Shown piece after piece: positions 18,565 through 28,346 of a stretch of 64,000 nt of DNA. The position numbers were made by a program, and so were the translations under genes. The notes beneath the pieces were generated by a model. It was not told where the DNA came from and did not search any database. It saw nothing but the letters and a program-made list of their open reading frames with translations. The stretch is from contig CAVYTU010000006.1 of NCBI GenBank assembly GCA_963771465.1, forward strand, positions 1 through 64,000. Reading direction: 5' to 3'. The stretch's first letter is position 1. Each line of letters opens with the position of its first letter. This stretch comes from an uncultured delta proteobacterium. GTDB lineage: Bacteria; Desulfobacterota; Binatia; UBA9968.

Positions 18565-18743
18565 GAGAATCCGCATTCGCCAAGAAGATTCAGCACCGGA
18601 TAATTAACCGCAATGGGCGCAAAATAAATCCCATCGCGAGCTTTGGATCGTCGAACCAGGCCGAGTTCGAATTCACGAACGAACGTGATGAGAACCTGAT
18701 GATTGCATGATCCGTGGAAGAAGAGCCGCAACGCTAGCGTCGG

Positions 18744-19769
18744 TTACACCGAACTAGGCTCTCTTTGTTTCATATCAAAGGCTTGCGCCAGCAGTTCGTA
18801 GGAACGATGGCGCGGCGCCGGATCGTACGTCCATGTGACCACGACCAGCTCGTCGAGGTCTAAACTTTTCGCGAGTTCTTTCAATCGCGCGGCGACCTGC
18901 TCTGACGATCCAACGATTGCCTTGCGGTGCAACTTTTCGGCGATCGCCATCTCTGCGGAAGAATAGGTGCGAGCTGCGGCTTCCTCGGGAGAGGTTAGTG
19001 GCAGGCGGATGCCTAATTTGCGATCGATCATTGCCCGTTCGCGCGCCTTGAATTGGAACAGCGCTTCTTCTTCTGTATCGGCCGCCAGCGCCCAGACGCA
19101 GATTGTCGCCATCGGCTTGGGATTATTTTCACTCGGGCGATAGTTCTCCCGGTAAAGAGCGAGCGCTTGCTCGACGCCGGTACCTTCGCTGAAAAAATAT
19201 GCGAAGGCGTAGGGCAAGCTAAAATAGGCGGCGAGTTGAGCGCCGTAATCTGAACTACCGAGAATCCACATCTCTGGGCTTGTCGGTCCCGTTGGCTGGG
19301 CAACGACTTTGCTGAAGGGATGGCCTTCGGGCAGGGGAGTTCCCGACACCCAGTGTTGCAGCTCCTGGACTTGGCGGGGAAATTGGTCGTGAACGTTTTG
19401 CGGATTGGGATTGAGCGCGTAGGATGTCATCTGATCCGATCCGGGCGCGCGGCCAATTCCCAGATCGATTCTCCCTGGTGCGATGGCCTCCAGGACGCGG
19501 AACTGCTCAGCAACTTTCAGTGCTGAATAGTGCGGCAGCATGACGCCGGCGCTGCCGATACGGATGCGCGGCGTGGTGGCGGCGATCGCAGCCATCAGTA
19601 TCTCCGGCGCCGTGCCGACGATACTGCCGGAGTTATGGTGTTCCGACAACCAGTAGCGATGATAACCGAGCGCGTCGCAATGGCGCGCGAGCTCAAGCGT
19701 CTCACGTATCGCAGTGTCCTGGGTTCGACCCTTGGACGCGGTCGATTGATCGAGTACTGACAATCTCAT
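18744..19769 (-). CDS. Luciferase-like (LLM) flavin-dependent oxidoreductase
   Basis: LSVLDQS, RYWLSEHH, GSAGVMLPHYSALKVAEQF and GRIDLGIGRAPG motifs. Confidence 0.92.
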   Translation of the reverse strand: MRLSVLDQSTASKGRTQDTAIRETLELARHCDALGYHRYWLSEHHNSGSIVGTAPEILMAAIAATTPRIRIGSAGVMLPHYSALKVAEQFRVLEAIAPGRIDLGIGRAPGSDQMTSYALNPNPQNVHDQFPRQVQELQHWVSGTPLPEGHPFSKVVAQPTGPTSPEMWILGSSDYGAQLAAYFSLPYAFAYFFSEGTGVEQALALYRENYRPSENNPKPMATICVWALAADTEEEALFQFKARERAMIDRKLGIRLPLTSPEEAAARTYSSAEMAIAEKLHRKAIVGSSEQVAARLKELAKSLDLDELVVVTWTYDPAPRHRSYELLAQAFDMKQREPSSV

Positions 19770-19777
19770 GATAAACG

Positions 19778-20692
19778 TCAGCCCAACCGATCGCCGATTT
19801 TCAATTCAACTTGCTTCGCGAATTCCGCACCGTTGACCTTGGCGCCTTCGCCGCGCAGTCTCTTCACCGTCAGCGTGCCGCCATTCAGTGCGACAGTGAT
19901 TTCTTCTGCACCGATGCCGGTCACTTGTCCGGCTGGCGCTGAATTATTTCCAGATTGCAGACGGGCGTCGAAGATGCGCACCAACTTGCCGTTGTAAGTT
20001 GTGTGCGCTCCCGGTTGGGGGTCGCAACCGCGGATTAAGTTATAAACTTCTTGGGCCGGTTTGGACCAATCGATTTTGGCATGGGTATCATCGCATGGCG
20101 GATCGTAACTGGCTTTCGATGCGTCCTGGACGATGCGCGGCGGGTTTCCGGCGTTGATCAGGTCGATGGCTTCGCCCATCGCTTCCACGCCGAGGGGAAA
20201 AATTTTGTTGAAATACAACGAGCCGGTGGTGTCGTCGGGTTCGACCTTGACTTCTTTCTGCAAAAGGATCGGCCCGGTATCGATGCCTTTGTCGACCCAG
20301 AAAAGCGAAAGTCCGGTGACCGACTCGCCTCGAATCAAGGCCCAGTTGATGGCGCTCGCGCCGCGATACTTCGGCAAGAGCGAGGGATGAAAGCAGATGC
20401 TGCCGAGTTTGGGCACGCTGAAGACTTGTTGCGGCACGATCTGGGTGACGAACGCCAGGATCGCCAGATCGGCGTTTAAGGCGACGAATTCGTCGCACAC
20501 TTCCGGCGCTTTGAACGATTTATGCTGGCGCACCGGGATACCGAGCTGGATCGCTTTCTGTTTTAGCGGGTCGAATTTGCCGTTGGGCGGATCCATGGGG
20601 CAGTAGACCGCGACGACTTTCTCACCTTTGTCGAGAAGTTTATCGAGAGTTTTTTCGGCGAAAGCCGCCTGGCCGATGAGGATGATCCGCAT
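19778..20692 (-). CDS. Formyltransferase-fold protein resembling the ALDH1L1 10-formyl-THF hydrolase domain (Fmt-like)
   Basis: IGQAAF, CFHPSLLPKYRGASAINW, FWVDKGIDTG and LYFNKIFPLG motifs, plus an Fmt-type C-terminal domain. Confidence 0.85.
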   Translation of the reverse strand: MRIILIGQAAFAEKTLDKLLDKGEKVVAVYCPMDPPNGKFDPLKQKAIQLGIPVRQHKSFKAPEVCDEFVALNADLAILAFVTQIVPQQVFSVPKLGSICFHPSLLPKYRGASAINWALIRGESVTGLSLFWVDKGIDTGPILLQKEVKVEPDDTTGSLYFNKIFPLGVEAMGEAIDLINAGNPPRIVQDASKASYDPPCDDTHAKIDWSKPAQEVYNLIRGCDPQPGAHTTYNGKLVRIFDARLQSGNNSAPAGQVTGIGAEEITVALNGGTLTVKRLRGEGAKVNGAEFAKQVELKIGDRLG

Positions 20693-20759
20693 GTTGTCGA
20701 CCTCCAGTCTCGAACATCGTGCGCCTGGACGTTGGGCGCACGATCATGTCAATTACGCT

Positions 20760-21287
20760 TCAGCCGATGATCTTGTAATCGCCGCCCATGTAGCTCTTGC
20801 ATAGGTTCACGTAGGTGGACGACCCCATCTTGATCCAATGCAGCGCTTCGCCGGTAATCTCTTTTTTGACTTTGGCGGGCGCGCCGGCGGCGAGCACCCG
20901 AGGCGGGATGACGGTATGGGGCGTGACCACGCTGCCGGCGCCGATCAGCGCTTCTTCGCCGATCTCGACGTTTTCCAAAAGCACGACGTTCATGCCGATG
21001 ATGGCGCCGCGCTTGATCAGCGGGCCTTCCATGATCGCGCCGTGGCCGATGGTGCAATCTTCCCCGATGATCGTCGGCGCTTCACCGGAGTGGATCACGC
21101 AATTATCCTGCACGCTGGTGCGCGCGCCGATGACGATGGGGTTGGCGTTCTGATCGGATCGCAGCACCGCGCCCCACCAGATGCTCGCTTCGTCGCCGAC
21201 GGTAACGTCGCCGATAATCACGGCCGTGGGCGCGATGAATGCTGTTGGTGCGATGTTCGGTTTTTTGCCTTTGTACTCAATGATCAT
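20760..21287 (-). CDS. Gamma carbonic anhydrase / PaaY-CaiE-like left-handed beta-helix protein
   Basis: AFIAPTAVIIGDV, AVLRSD, VQDNCVIH, IGHGA, IGAGSVV and GAPAK motifs. Confidence 0.9.
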   Translation of the reverse strand: MIIEYKGKKPNIAPTAFIAPTAVIIGDVTVGDEASIWWGAVLRSDQNANPIVIGARTSVQDNCVIHSGEAPTIIGEDCTIGHGAIMEGPLIKRGAIIGMNVVLLENVEIGEEALIGAGSVVTPHTVIPPRVLAAGAPAKVKKEITGEALHWIKMGSSTYVNLCKSYMGGDYKIIG

Positions 21288-21482
21288 CGAGACGTGACCT
21301 CCAAGAAATGTTCGGCCACGATATGAGACGAGGCAACGGAAATCAAGATTGTGCCGTTCATTGGCTGCTGCATTGACTCAATCGGCGAAAGCCGTTAATG
21401 GTTTTGAAATTTCGTAACCCTCAGACGGTTTCTTCCCGCTTTTGCTGGCGAAGGAATCGGAAAAGAAGATTGGAGTTTGCCG

Positions 21483-22553
21483 ATGAGATTCAGTCCTGCG
21501 AGTTTTGCGGCTGCGATACTACTTGCAATCGGCATCGCCGTGCCGGCACAGGCGCAGAACCGTGAATCGATTTTGGCGGCGCTGGCGAATTTGCCCGCGG
21601 CGGAACGCCAAGCGCGCTTGATCGAGGGGGCAAAGAGGGAGAGCGGTTTGGTCTGGTACTCGAGCACGACGGCCGAGGATGCGCTGGCATTGACGAAAAA
21701 ATTTCACGAGCAGCATCCGTCGATCCAGATCAATCATTTTCGCTCGTCGAGCGAAAAGCTGCTCGAACGGATCCTCGCCGAGTCGCGCGCCAATGCGTTC
21801 AAAGCCGATATCGTCAGCCTGCCGGAACTCGAGCTTTCGCTGATGATCAAGCGCAAACTGTTGGCGCGTCATCAAGGCACGGAGAACGCGATCTATCCCG
21901 CGGAGTCTAAAGATCCGCGCGGCTATTGGACCGGGCTTTACACCTCAGCGTGGGTGGCGGCCTATAACACGAAATTGGTAGCGAAGGATCAGGTGCCGCG
22001 GACTTATAAAGATCTGCTCAACCCCAAGTGGAAAGGTAACATCGCGATGGATAACGAGCCCTACAGCTGGTACGTGATCTCGCTCGCCTACCTGGAGAAG
22101 CGCGACGGTAAAGAGGCGGCGGCGGACTACATGAAAAAACTCGCGGCCCAGCAGATCCAGTGGCGCAAAGGGCATTCTCTAATCGGCCAGCTGATGGCGG
22201 CGGGCGAGTTCCCCCTCGCAGCCGAGCTGCAAGTGCACACGGTCGAGCGCGCCAAAGCGACCGGCGCGCCGTTGGAATGGTCGGCGCTCGACGGCGTGAT
22301 TCCAATCTCCAGAGTTGGCGCCGCCGTGACCAACACGGGCAATAGCGTTTACACTTCGGCGCTCTTTTACGATTTCTTGCTGTCCCGCACCGGCATGGAA
22401 ACGATCCGCGCCAGCCGCCGCGTCCCGAGCCGACCCGACGTCACGGCGCCTTACTTAAAACCGTACAAGCTCTTGCCCTTCGAGCCTCAGGCGATCGACG
22501 ACTTCGACAAATACGTCGCGCTATTTCGAGATTCGTTCAAGCCGGGAAATTAG
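21483..22553 (+). CDS. ABC transporter substrate-binding protein (AfuA/FbpA-like family)
   Basis: Signal peptide; EGAKRESGLVWYSS, AYNTKLV and DLLNPKWKG motifs. Confidence 0.88.
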   Translation: MRFSPASFAAAILLAIGIAVPAQAQNRESILAALANLPAAERQARLIEGAKRESGLVWYSSTTAEDALALTKKFHEQHPSIQINHFRSSSEKLLERILAESRANAFKADIVSLPELELSLMIKRKLLARHQGTENAIYPAESKDPRGYWTGLYTSAWVAAYNTKLVAKDQVPRTYKDLLNPKWKGNIAMDNEPYSWYVISLAYLEKRDGKEAAADYMKKLAAQQIQWRKGHSLIGQLMAAGEFPLAAELQVHTVERAKATGAPLEWSALDGVIPISRVGAAVTNTGNSVYTSALFYDFLLSRTGMETIRASRRVPSRPDVTAPYLKPYKLLPFEPQAIDDFDKYVALFRDSFKPGN

Positions 22554-22674
22554 CAGATCGGAGTGGTGCAGGCGGGGAGTGGCCAAGGTTGTTGAGCTCA
22601 GCGGACACCTTGCCGAGATTGATTTCTGAACTGCTTGCCGGAAGAGTCTCTACCTTGGCTAGCGCCTCTGACCC

Positions 22675-24099
22675 GTGATCGCACTGCCATCGACTCATAA
22701 CAGCGAAGCGATTCGCCGTCTTGTGCTCGTCAACTCGGTTCTCGGAGTGATCACCGCGGGGATTTCCACGCGCGTGTTTACGATCTCCGTGCCAACCTTG
22801 GCGGCGGCGCTCGATACTGACATGCTTGGGATTTCCTGGGCGCTGATTGTTTATCAAATGGCCGGTATCGGGCTCGGCGTGATCTGCGGCCGGTTGGGCG
22901 ATATTCACGGTCACCATAAAACTTACGCTGTCGGAATGTGGGTGATGGCGCTCGGTTCGCTGCTATGCGGTTTCTCGCAAAATGTCTGGCAACTCATTTT
23001 GTTTCGTTTCCTGCAGGGGCTCGGTGGCGCGATGATTCAATCGTCCGGTCGCACCTTGGCTTTCAAAGCGATGCCGATCGGTTCCGAGGGAAAAGCGCAG
23101 GGGTTGATGGCGATGTCCCATCAGCTGGGGTTTTTTATCGGCCCGCCGCTCGGCGGCTTGATCATCGATCTGGTGCACTGGCGTGGCATTTTCTTTCTGC
23201 TGTTTGTTCCGAGTCTCGCCGGCGCGGCGTTGTGCATGATCACTGGCCGTGGCGCGGCTGCCGAGCCGTTGCGTTCACAAGTGATCGACTATCGGGGCGC
23301 GTTTTTGTTTCTCGCTTTGACGGTGATCGCTACTTTGCTGTTCGATCAAAAAGTGGCGCAGTTCGCCGGCGGCGCGAATCTGGCGCTGCTGGCATTGGTC
23401 TTTGTCGCGGTGTTATGGCTTTTTCTCGCGCAGGAAAAACGCAGCACGAGTCCGATGGTCAATCTGGCGATTTTTTCAGTGCCGATCTTTGCCTATGGCT
23501 CCATCGGGCTTTTGTTCAGCAATATCAATCAAAGTCTTACCACGTTCATTACGCCCTTTTACTTGCAAGAGGTGCTCAAGCTCTCGCCGACATTTATCGG
23601 CACGCTTTTTCTGATCCCATCGCTTTTTAGCATAGTCATCTCGCCACTGAGCGGGGCGTTGACCGACCGCATCGGTTCGCGTCTGTTAATGATCCTCGGC
23701 GTGTCGGTGCTGATGGTGAGCTTTGTCGTCGGCGCCGTCCTGCGGATCGATTCACACTGGAGCCTACCGGCGCTGTTGTTGGGGCTATCGGGCATCGGCT
23801 CGGCGTTTTTTAATACCGCTTCGCAGGCGGCGATGATTCGCGTCCTGCCAAAAGAGCAATGGGGCACAGCGATCGGCATCATCAACGGCATCTTCGGCCT
23901 CGGGCACATGCTCGGCATTTCCTTGAGCGGTATCTTTTTGACCCTGGCGTTTCGCTTCTACACCGGCAACCCTGCGGCGACTCCCAATCCCACTGACACC
24001 GGCTCATTCGTGGTGTCGATGAACATCACTTACTGGATTGCGCTGGCGCTCGGCGTTATCCCGCTGGTGACCTCGATGAAATTCAAGCGCAGCGAATAG
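22675..24099 (+). CDS. MFS transporter, DHA2 (14-TM) family
   Basis: GRLGDIHG motif A, RFLQGLGGA, GPPLGG, IDYRGA and GALTDRIG. Confidence 0.9.
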   Translation: MIALPSTHNSEAIRRLVLVNSVLGVITAGISTRVFTISVPTLAAALDTDMLGISWALIVYQMAGIGLGVICGRLGDIHGHHKTYAVGMWVMALGSLLCGFSQNVWQLILFRFLQGLGGAMIQSSGRTLAFKAMPIGSEGKAQGLMAMSHQLGFFIGPPLGGLIIDLVHWRGIFFLLFVPSLAGAALCMITGRGAAAEPLRSQVIDYRGAFLFLALTVIATLLFDQKVAQFAGGANLALLALVFVAVLWLFLAQEKRSTSPMVNLAIFSVPIFAYGSIGLLFSNINQSLTTFITPFYLQEVLKLSPTFIGTLFLIPSLFSIVISPLSGALTDRIGSRLLMILGVSVLMVSFVVGAVLRIDSHWSLPALLLGLSGIGSAFFNTASQAAMIRVLPKEQWGTAIGIINGIFGLGHMLGISLSGIFLTLAFRFYTGNPAATPNPTDTGSFVVSMNITYWIALALGVIPLVTSMKFKRSE

Positions 24100-24161
24100 C
24101 TCGGCGCAAAGTTTCCTTTGGCGCTGTGACAACAGTGCCGATCAGCGAGGCAGGATTGCCG

Positions 24162-25391
24162 TTAGTTAAGGTCAAAAGTTTTTTCAGCCATTTGAGAAAT
24201 CTGTTGGCCAATGGCGAGCGATGCGGTGGCGCCGGGAGATGGCGCGTTGAGAACGTGAATGGCGCGTTGATTTTGCCGGATGATAAAGTCGTCGACCAGC
24301 GCGCCGCTGGCTGACACCGCTTGGGCGCGCACGCCGGCGCCGCCGGGCACGAGATCGTTCTCGACAATTTCGGGCAAAAGTTTTTGCAGCGCGCGTACGA
24401 AAGCTTTCTTACTCAAAGAACGGTAAAGCTCGCCAAAACCGGTCTGCCAATATTTGCCGGTGATCGCCCAGAAGCCCCTGAACGACAAGGTGCGCCACAA
24501 GTCGGGCAAATTTATGTCGCTGTGGCGGTAGCCTTCGCGCGCGTAAGCAAAGACGGCGTTGGGTCCAGCCTCGACGCCGCCGCGGGCCATACGAGTGAAG
24601 TGAACGCCCAAAAATGGAAAAGTCGGATCGGGCACCGGATAAATTAGATTTTTCACCAGGTATTCGCGCTCGGCGGCGATTTTATAGTACTCGCCGCGAA
24701 ACGGGATGATGCGATGCTCTTCGTCATCGCTTTGATTGCGCCCGATGCTTGTCAATTGCGCGAGGATATCCGACTGCAGCCCGCCGCAATTGATCAAATA
24801 TTTTGTCCGATAGTCGCCGCCGGAAGTTTGCAGGACGATTTCTGCGCCGCGGTCGAGGATGCCGACGACTCGCTGCGACAAGCGAATGTCGCCGTTGGCG
24901 TCGCGCACTTTGCCGGCGTAAGCCGCGGCGACTTTGCGGTAGTCGACGATGCCGGTTTCCGGCACGTAGAGCCCTTTGATGCCCGTGGCGTGGGGTTCGA
25001 TTTCCTTAAGCCGCTCCGGGCCGATAAGCGCCAAATCTTTTAGCCCGTTGGCTTCGCCGCGCCGTTGTAGCTCATCGAGGCGCGGCAATTCCGCTGCGCT
25101 GGTGGCGACCACGACTTTGCCGCAGATTTCATAGGGTACGTCGTGCGCGTCGCAAAAGGCCATGAGTTCTCTGCGGCCGCTGACGCAAAGCCGTGCTTTG
25201 AGCGATCCCGGCCGGTAGTAAAGGCCGGAATGAATCACGCCGCTGTTGTTGCCGGTCTGATGGCGCGCTAGCTCAGCTTCTTTTTCCAACAGCAGGAGTT
25301 TGACGTCGGCATGGGCGGCGGTGATTTTGAGCGCTGTTGCCAGGCCTAAAATGCCGCCGCCGATGATCGCCAAGTCATACTGGGAAGCCAT
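24162..25391 (-). CDS. lhgO: L-2-hydroxyglutarate oxidase
   Basis: GGGILG, HQTGNNSGVIHSGLYY, PFRGEYY, YPVPDPTFPFLGVHFT, GVRAQA and NAPSPGAT motifs. Confidence 0.93.
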   Translation of the reverse strand: MASQYDLAIIGGGILGLATALKITAAHADVKLLLLEKEAELARHQTGNNSGVIHSGLYYRPGSLKARLCVSGRRELMAFCDAHDVPYEICGKVVVATSAAELPRLDELQRRGEANGLKDLALIGPERLKEIEPHATGIKGLYVPETGIVDYRKVAAAYAGKVRDANGDIRLSQRVVGILDRGAEIVLQTSGGDYRTKYLINCGGLQSDILAQLTSIGRNQSDDEEHRIIPFRGEYYKIAAEREYLVKNLIYPVPDPTFPFLGVHFTRMARGGVEAGPNAVFAYAREGYRHSDINLPDLWRTLSFRGFWAITGKYWQTGFGELYRSLSKKAFVRALQKLLPEIVENDLVPGGAGVRAQAVSASGALVDDFIIRQNQRAIHVLNAPSPGATASLAIGQQISQMAEKTFDLN

Positions 25392-25402
25392 GCGCGGGTG
25401 CG

Positions 25403-26338
25403 TTACAGATGCAACAGTTGACGGGAATTGGTCTCGGTGAAGCGCTTCACCTGCTCGGGATTGGCTTGCAGTGAAATTGCATTGAACGCCTTATTGAGCG
25501 GGCCCAGGCCGCCGCAGTAGTCCGATCCGAAGACGATGTTACGCTCGCCCATCTTGGCGATCAAAAACGCCAAGGTCGGCGCATCCGAGCTGGCACAGTC
25601 AATCAAGAAATGCTCGAGAAAGATTTCAGAATACTTCTGCTCGCCCTTGGGGCCTTTGTGCTTCCAGAAAAAACGGTGCAGCAAAAGCGGAATGCCGCCG
25701 CCGGAGCTGCGGATGACGATCTTCAAATTCGGATAGCGGTCGAACACGCCGCTGGCGATCATGCGCAGGCAGCACTCGGCGACCTCGCCGTCGGACAAAA
25801 CCGCATAAGCGACGCCAGCGCCGCCGTCTTCGAGCCGCTTGAGCGACGGACTTTGGGCAGTTCCGGCGCCATGGAGGAAAATCGGCAGATTATGTTCGGA
25901 GATTTTTTTGTAAATCGGCTCCATGATCTCGGTGTCCACGAGCATTTCGCCGTCAACGTGGGGATAGAGCAGCACGGCGCGAAATCCTTGCGCCACGGTA
26001 CGCTCGATTTCCTTTACCGAGGCATCGATGTTTTTGAGCGATAAAGCGGTCATGCCGGCCAATCGATCTTTGTGCGGTAAGACTCGCTCAGCGAGGATAT
26101 CATTGGACGCGCGGACAATTTCCAGCGCCTGCTCCGGCGGCAATTGATCGGCGTAAACGCCGGCTCCTTGGCAGATCAACTGCAGGTCGATGCCGACCTC
26201 GTCCATTTCCTTCACCCGCTTGGATAAATCAGGCGAATCGTAGGCATCGATATGCGGACGCTTGCCCGTCAGTTGGTTGATTTTTTCGGCCACCTCAGGC
26301 GCAGTGTGGTGCGCATGCCAATCGATGATCATGGCCAT
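25403..26338 (-). CDS. Amidohydrolase family protein (Amidohydro_2)
   Basis: IIDWHAH, FLHG, SGVFDRYPNLK and FGSDY motifs. Confidence 0.88.
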   Translation of the reverse strand: MAMIIDWHAHHTAPEVAEKINQLTGKRPHIDAYDSPDLSKRVKEMDEVGIDLQLICQGAGVYADQLPPEQALEIVRASNDILAERVLPHKDRLAGMTALSLKNIDASVKEIERTVAQGFRAVLLYPHVDGEMLVDTEIMEPIYKKISEHNLPIFLHGAGTAQSPSLKRLEDGGAGVAYAVLSDGEVAECCLRMIASGVFDRYPNLKIVIRSSGGGIPLLLHRFFWKHKGPKGEQKYSEIFLEHFLIDCASSDAPTLAFLIAKMGERNIVFGSDYCGGLGPLNKAFNAISLQANPEQVKRFTETNSRQLLHL

Positions 26339-26494
26339 GGATAGATCTCCTTTTCGCGGTCAGGTTGCTCCCGAATACAGCGGATGACTCCGATGAGTCA
26401 AGCGGCGCTCGGCAAAAGTTTCGGGCAAAAAAATTTCACGCGCCAGGTAAACGCTGGCGCGGTCTAGCGCGAGAATTCACGGGGCGGGTGGCGG

Positions 26495-27121
26495 CTATTT
26501 TATCGGCGCGCCGGTGAACTCGCTCTTGTCTCGGAGACGGCGGACCAGTTCTTCGTAGGAAGACTTCGAAATCACCCGGGTGAATTGCGAACGATAGTTG
26601 TTGACCAAGCTGACGTTCTCGGCGACGACGTCATAGACCTTCCAATCGTTACCGGCGAGTTGGGCCTTGTAGTTGATCGTATACTCTTCGCCCTTGGCAG
26701 TGACGATCTTGCTATAGACATCGGCGTAGTTGCCGTCGACTTTCTCGTGCACGTAGACGATCTTCTCATTGGTATAGGATTCGATGATATCGGCGTAGGC
26801 ACGTTCGATAATCTCGGTGAAGAGGCGGATGAAATCTTCCTGTTCTTGGGGCGTGCGCCGGCGCCAATCGGCGCCCAAGGATCGTTTCGCCATCTCGGCG
26901 AAATCGAAGCGGGCAAAGAGAATCTGTTTTAAATGGTCGCGCCGCTCGCGCTGCTTTGCCGGTGGTTTGAAGCGCGGATCTTTGAGCACGACCAGCGCCT
27001 TATCCACCGTGGCTTTGATCTGGTCTGTTGGCAATCCCGCCACGGCGTCGGCGGTAAACATCGAGAGTGCCAAATAGAGCGCTGCGATGAACAGGGACGA
27101 TTTTTTACTTGGAGCTTTCAT
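26495..27121 (-). CDS. mlaC: Phospholipid-binding periplasmic protein MlaC/Ttg2D
   Basis: FDFAEMAKRSLG and WKVYDVVAENVSLVNNYRSQF motifs; operon position. Confidence 0.9.
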   Translation of the reverse strand: MKAPSKKSSLFIAALYLALSMFTADAVAGLPTDQIKATVDKALVVLKDPRFKPPAKQRERRDHLKQILFARFDFAEMAKRSLGADWRRRTPQEQEDFIRLFTEIIERAYADIIESYTNEKIVYVHEKVDGNYADVYSKIVTAKGEEYTINYKAQLAGNDWKVYDVVAENVSLVNNYRSQFTRVISKSSYEELVRRLRDKSEFTGAPIK

Positions 27122-27584
27122 CTTTCTTGCCACCTTTACTAGACGTAAGATCGCCACCGACAATCTTGCCGATCAAATCGGGAATATCCGGCGGTGAATC
27201 GGTTTCCCTTATTTTCCCACCCGGCGGAATTATTTTATCCGAAGCACCGGGGGAGACCAAGACAAATTTGTCGCCAATCAGACCCCGGGCGCGGACCGAT
27301 GCGATGACATCTTCCTGAAGCTTAATGCCATCGCTCAATCTGAGGGTCAAGCGCGCCTTGTCGTCTGCCAAGCCGATGCCTTCGACTCGGCCAATTCGGA
27401 CGCCGGCGATTTCCACCGGATCGCCCGGTTTTAGTCCGGCGACAGAAGCAAAATCGGCAAAAACCACATAGCCTTGTGAAGCGAACAGCTCGAGTTTGCC
27501 CAAACGGATCGCGAGATACCCCAGGCAAGTAAGTCCGACTAGAACGAAGATGCCAACGACGACGTCTGTGCGTGAATGATTCAA
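27105..27584 (-). CDS. mlaD: MCE-domain protein MlaD
   Basis: TTG start after AGGAG; N-terminal TM; GLKPGDPVEIAGVRIGRV and GLIGDKFV motifs. Confidence 0.9.
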   Translation of the reverse strand: MNHSRTDVVVGIFVLVGLTCLGYLAIRLGKLELFASQGYVVFADFASVAGLKPGDPVEIAGVRIGRVEGIGLADDKARLTLRLSDGIKLQEDVIASVRARGLIGDKFVLVSPGASDKIIPPGGKIRETDSPPDIPDLIGKIVGGDLTSSKGGKKDESSK

Positions 27585-27595
27585 TGTCGTAACTC

Positions 27596-28342
27596 CTAAA
27601 GAACTTGGATCGGGCCTTCGGTTTTGCCGTGAATAAATTGTTGTACCGCCGGGTTCTCGGAGGCGCAAAACGCTTGCGGTGGCGCAATGTTTTCAATCAC
27701 ACCGTTGGCGAGCATAGCAACGTAGTCGGAGATGTCAAAGACCTGCGGAATGGTATGGCTGACGACGATACCGGTAAAACCAAACTCTTTCTGAGTTCGA
27801 GAGATCAGCTGATGGATGCTAGTCGCCAAGATCGGATCCAAGCCAGTCGTCGGTTCGTCAAACAAGACGATCTGCGGGTCCATGATCAGCGCGCGCGCCA
27901 GCCCAGCGCGCTTTTTCATGCCGCCGCTCAGCTCGGCGGGAAATTTTCCGCCCATTTCCCCCAAACCAACCTGCTCTATGCGCGCGTCGACTTTCTTTTT
28001 AATGTCGCTTTCGCTGGTGCGAGTCTTTTCGCGCAGCGGAAAGGCGACGTTGTCGAAAACCGTCATTGAATCGAGCAACGCAGCGCCTTGAAAGAGCACG
28101 CCGAATTTACTGCGAATCTCATAAAGGTCCTTTTGTGTCAATTGAGTGATGTCGACGCCATCGATGAAAATTTCTCCCGAGTCGGGGAGATAGAGCGCGT
28201 TCAAATGCTTGAGCAAAACTGTTTTGCCGCATCCGCTGGTGCCGACGATGGTGGTGATCTTGCCCGAGGCGAACTCCAAGTTCACGCCCTTAAGGACTTT
28301 TTGACTGCGAAAACTTTTGTGCAGGTTAGCGACCTTGATCAT
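27596..28342 (-). CDS. mlaF: ABC ATPase MlaF
   Basis: GTSGCGKT, FQGAALLDSMTV, LSGGMKKR and DEPTTGLDP motifs. Confidence 0.93.
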   Translation of the reverse strand: MIKVANLHKSFRSQKVLKGVNLEFASGKITTIVGTSGCGKTVLLKHLNALYLPDSGEIFIDGVDITQLTQKDLYEIRSKFGVLFQGAALLDSMTVFDNVAFPLREKTRTSESDIKKKVDARIEQVGLGEMGGKFPAELSGGMKKRAGLARALIMDPQIVLFDEPTTGLDPILATSIHQLISRTQKEFGFTGIVVSHTIPQVFDISDYVAMLANGVIENIAPPQAFCASENPAVQQFIHGKTEGPIQVL

Positions 28343-28346
28343 GGCG

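Noticed and set aside
19778-20692. Calling this gene fmt
   Set aside because: It lacks the Fmt-specific GT-P start and N-x-H asparagine, and lacks the def-fmt context.
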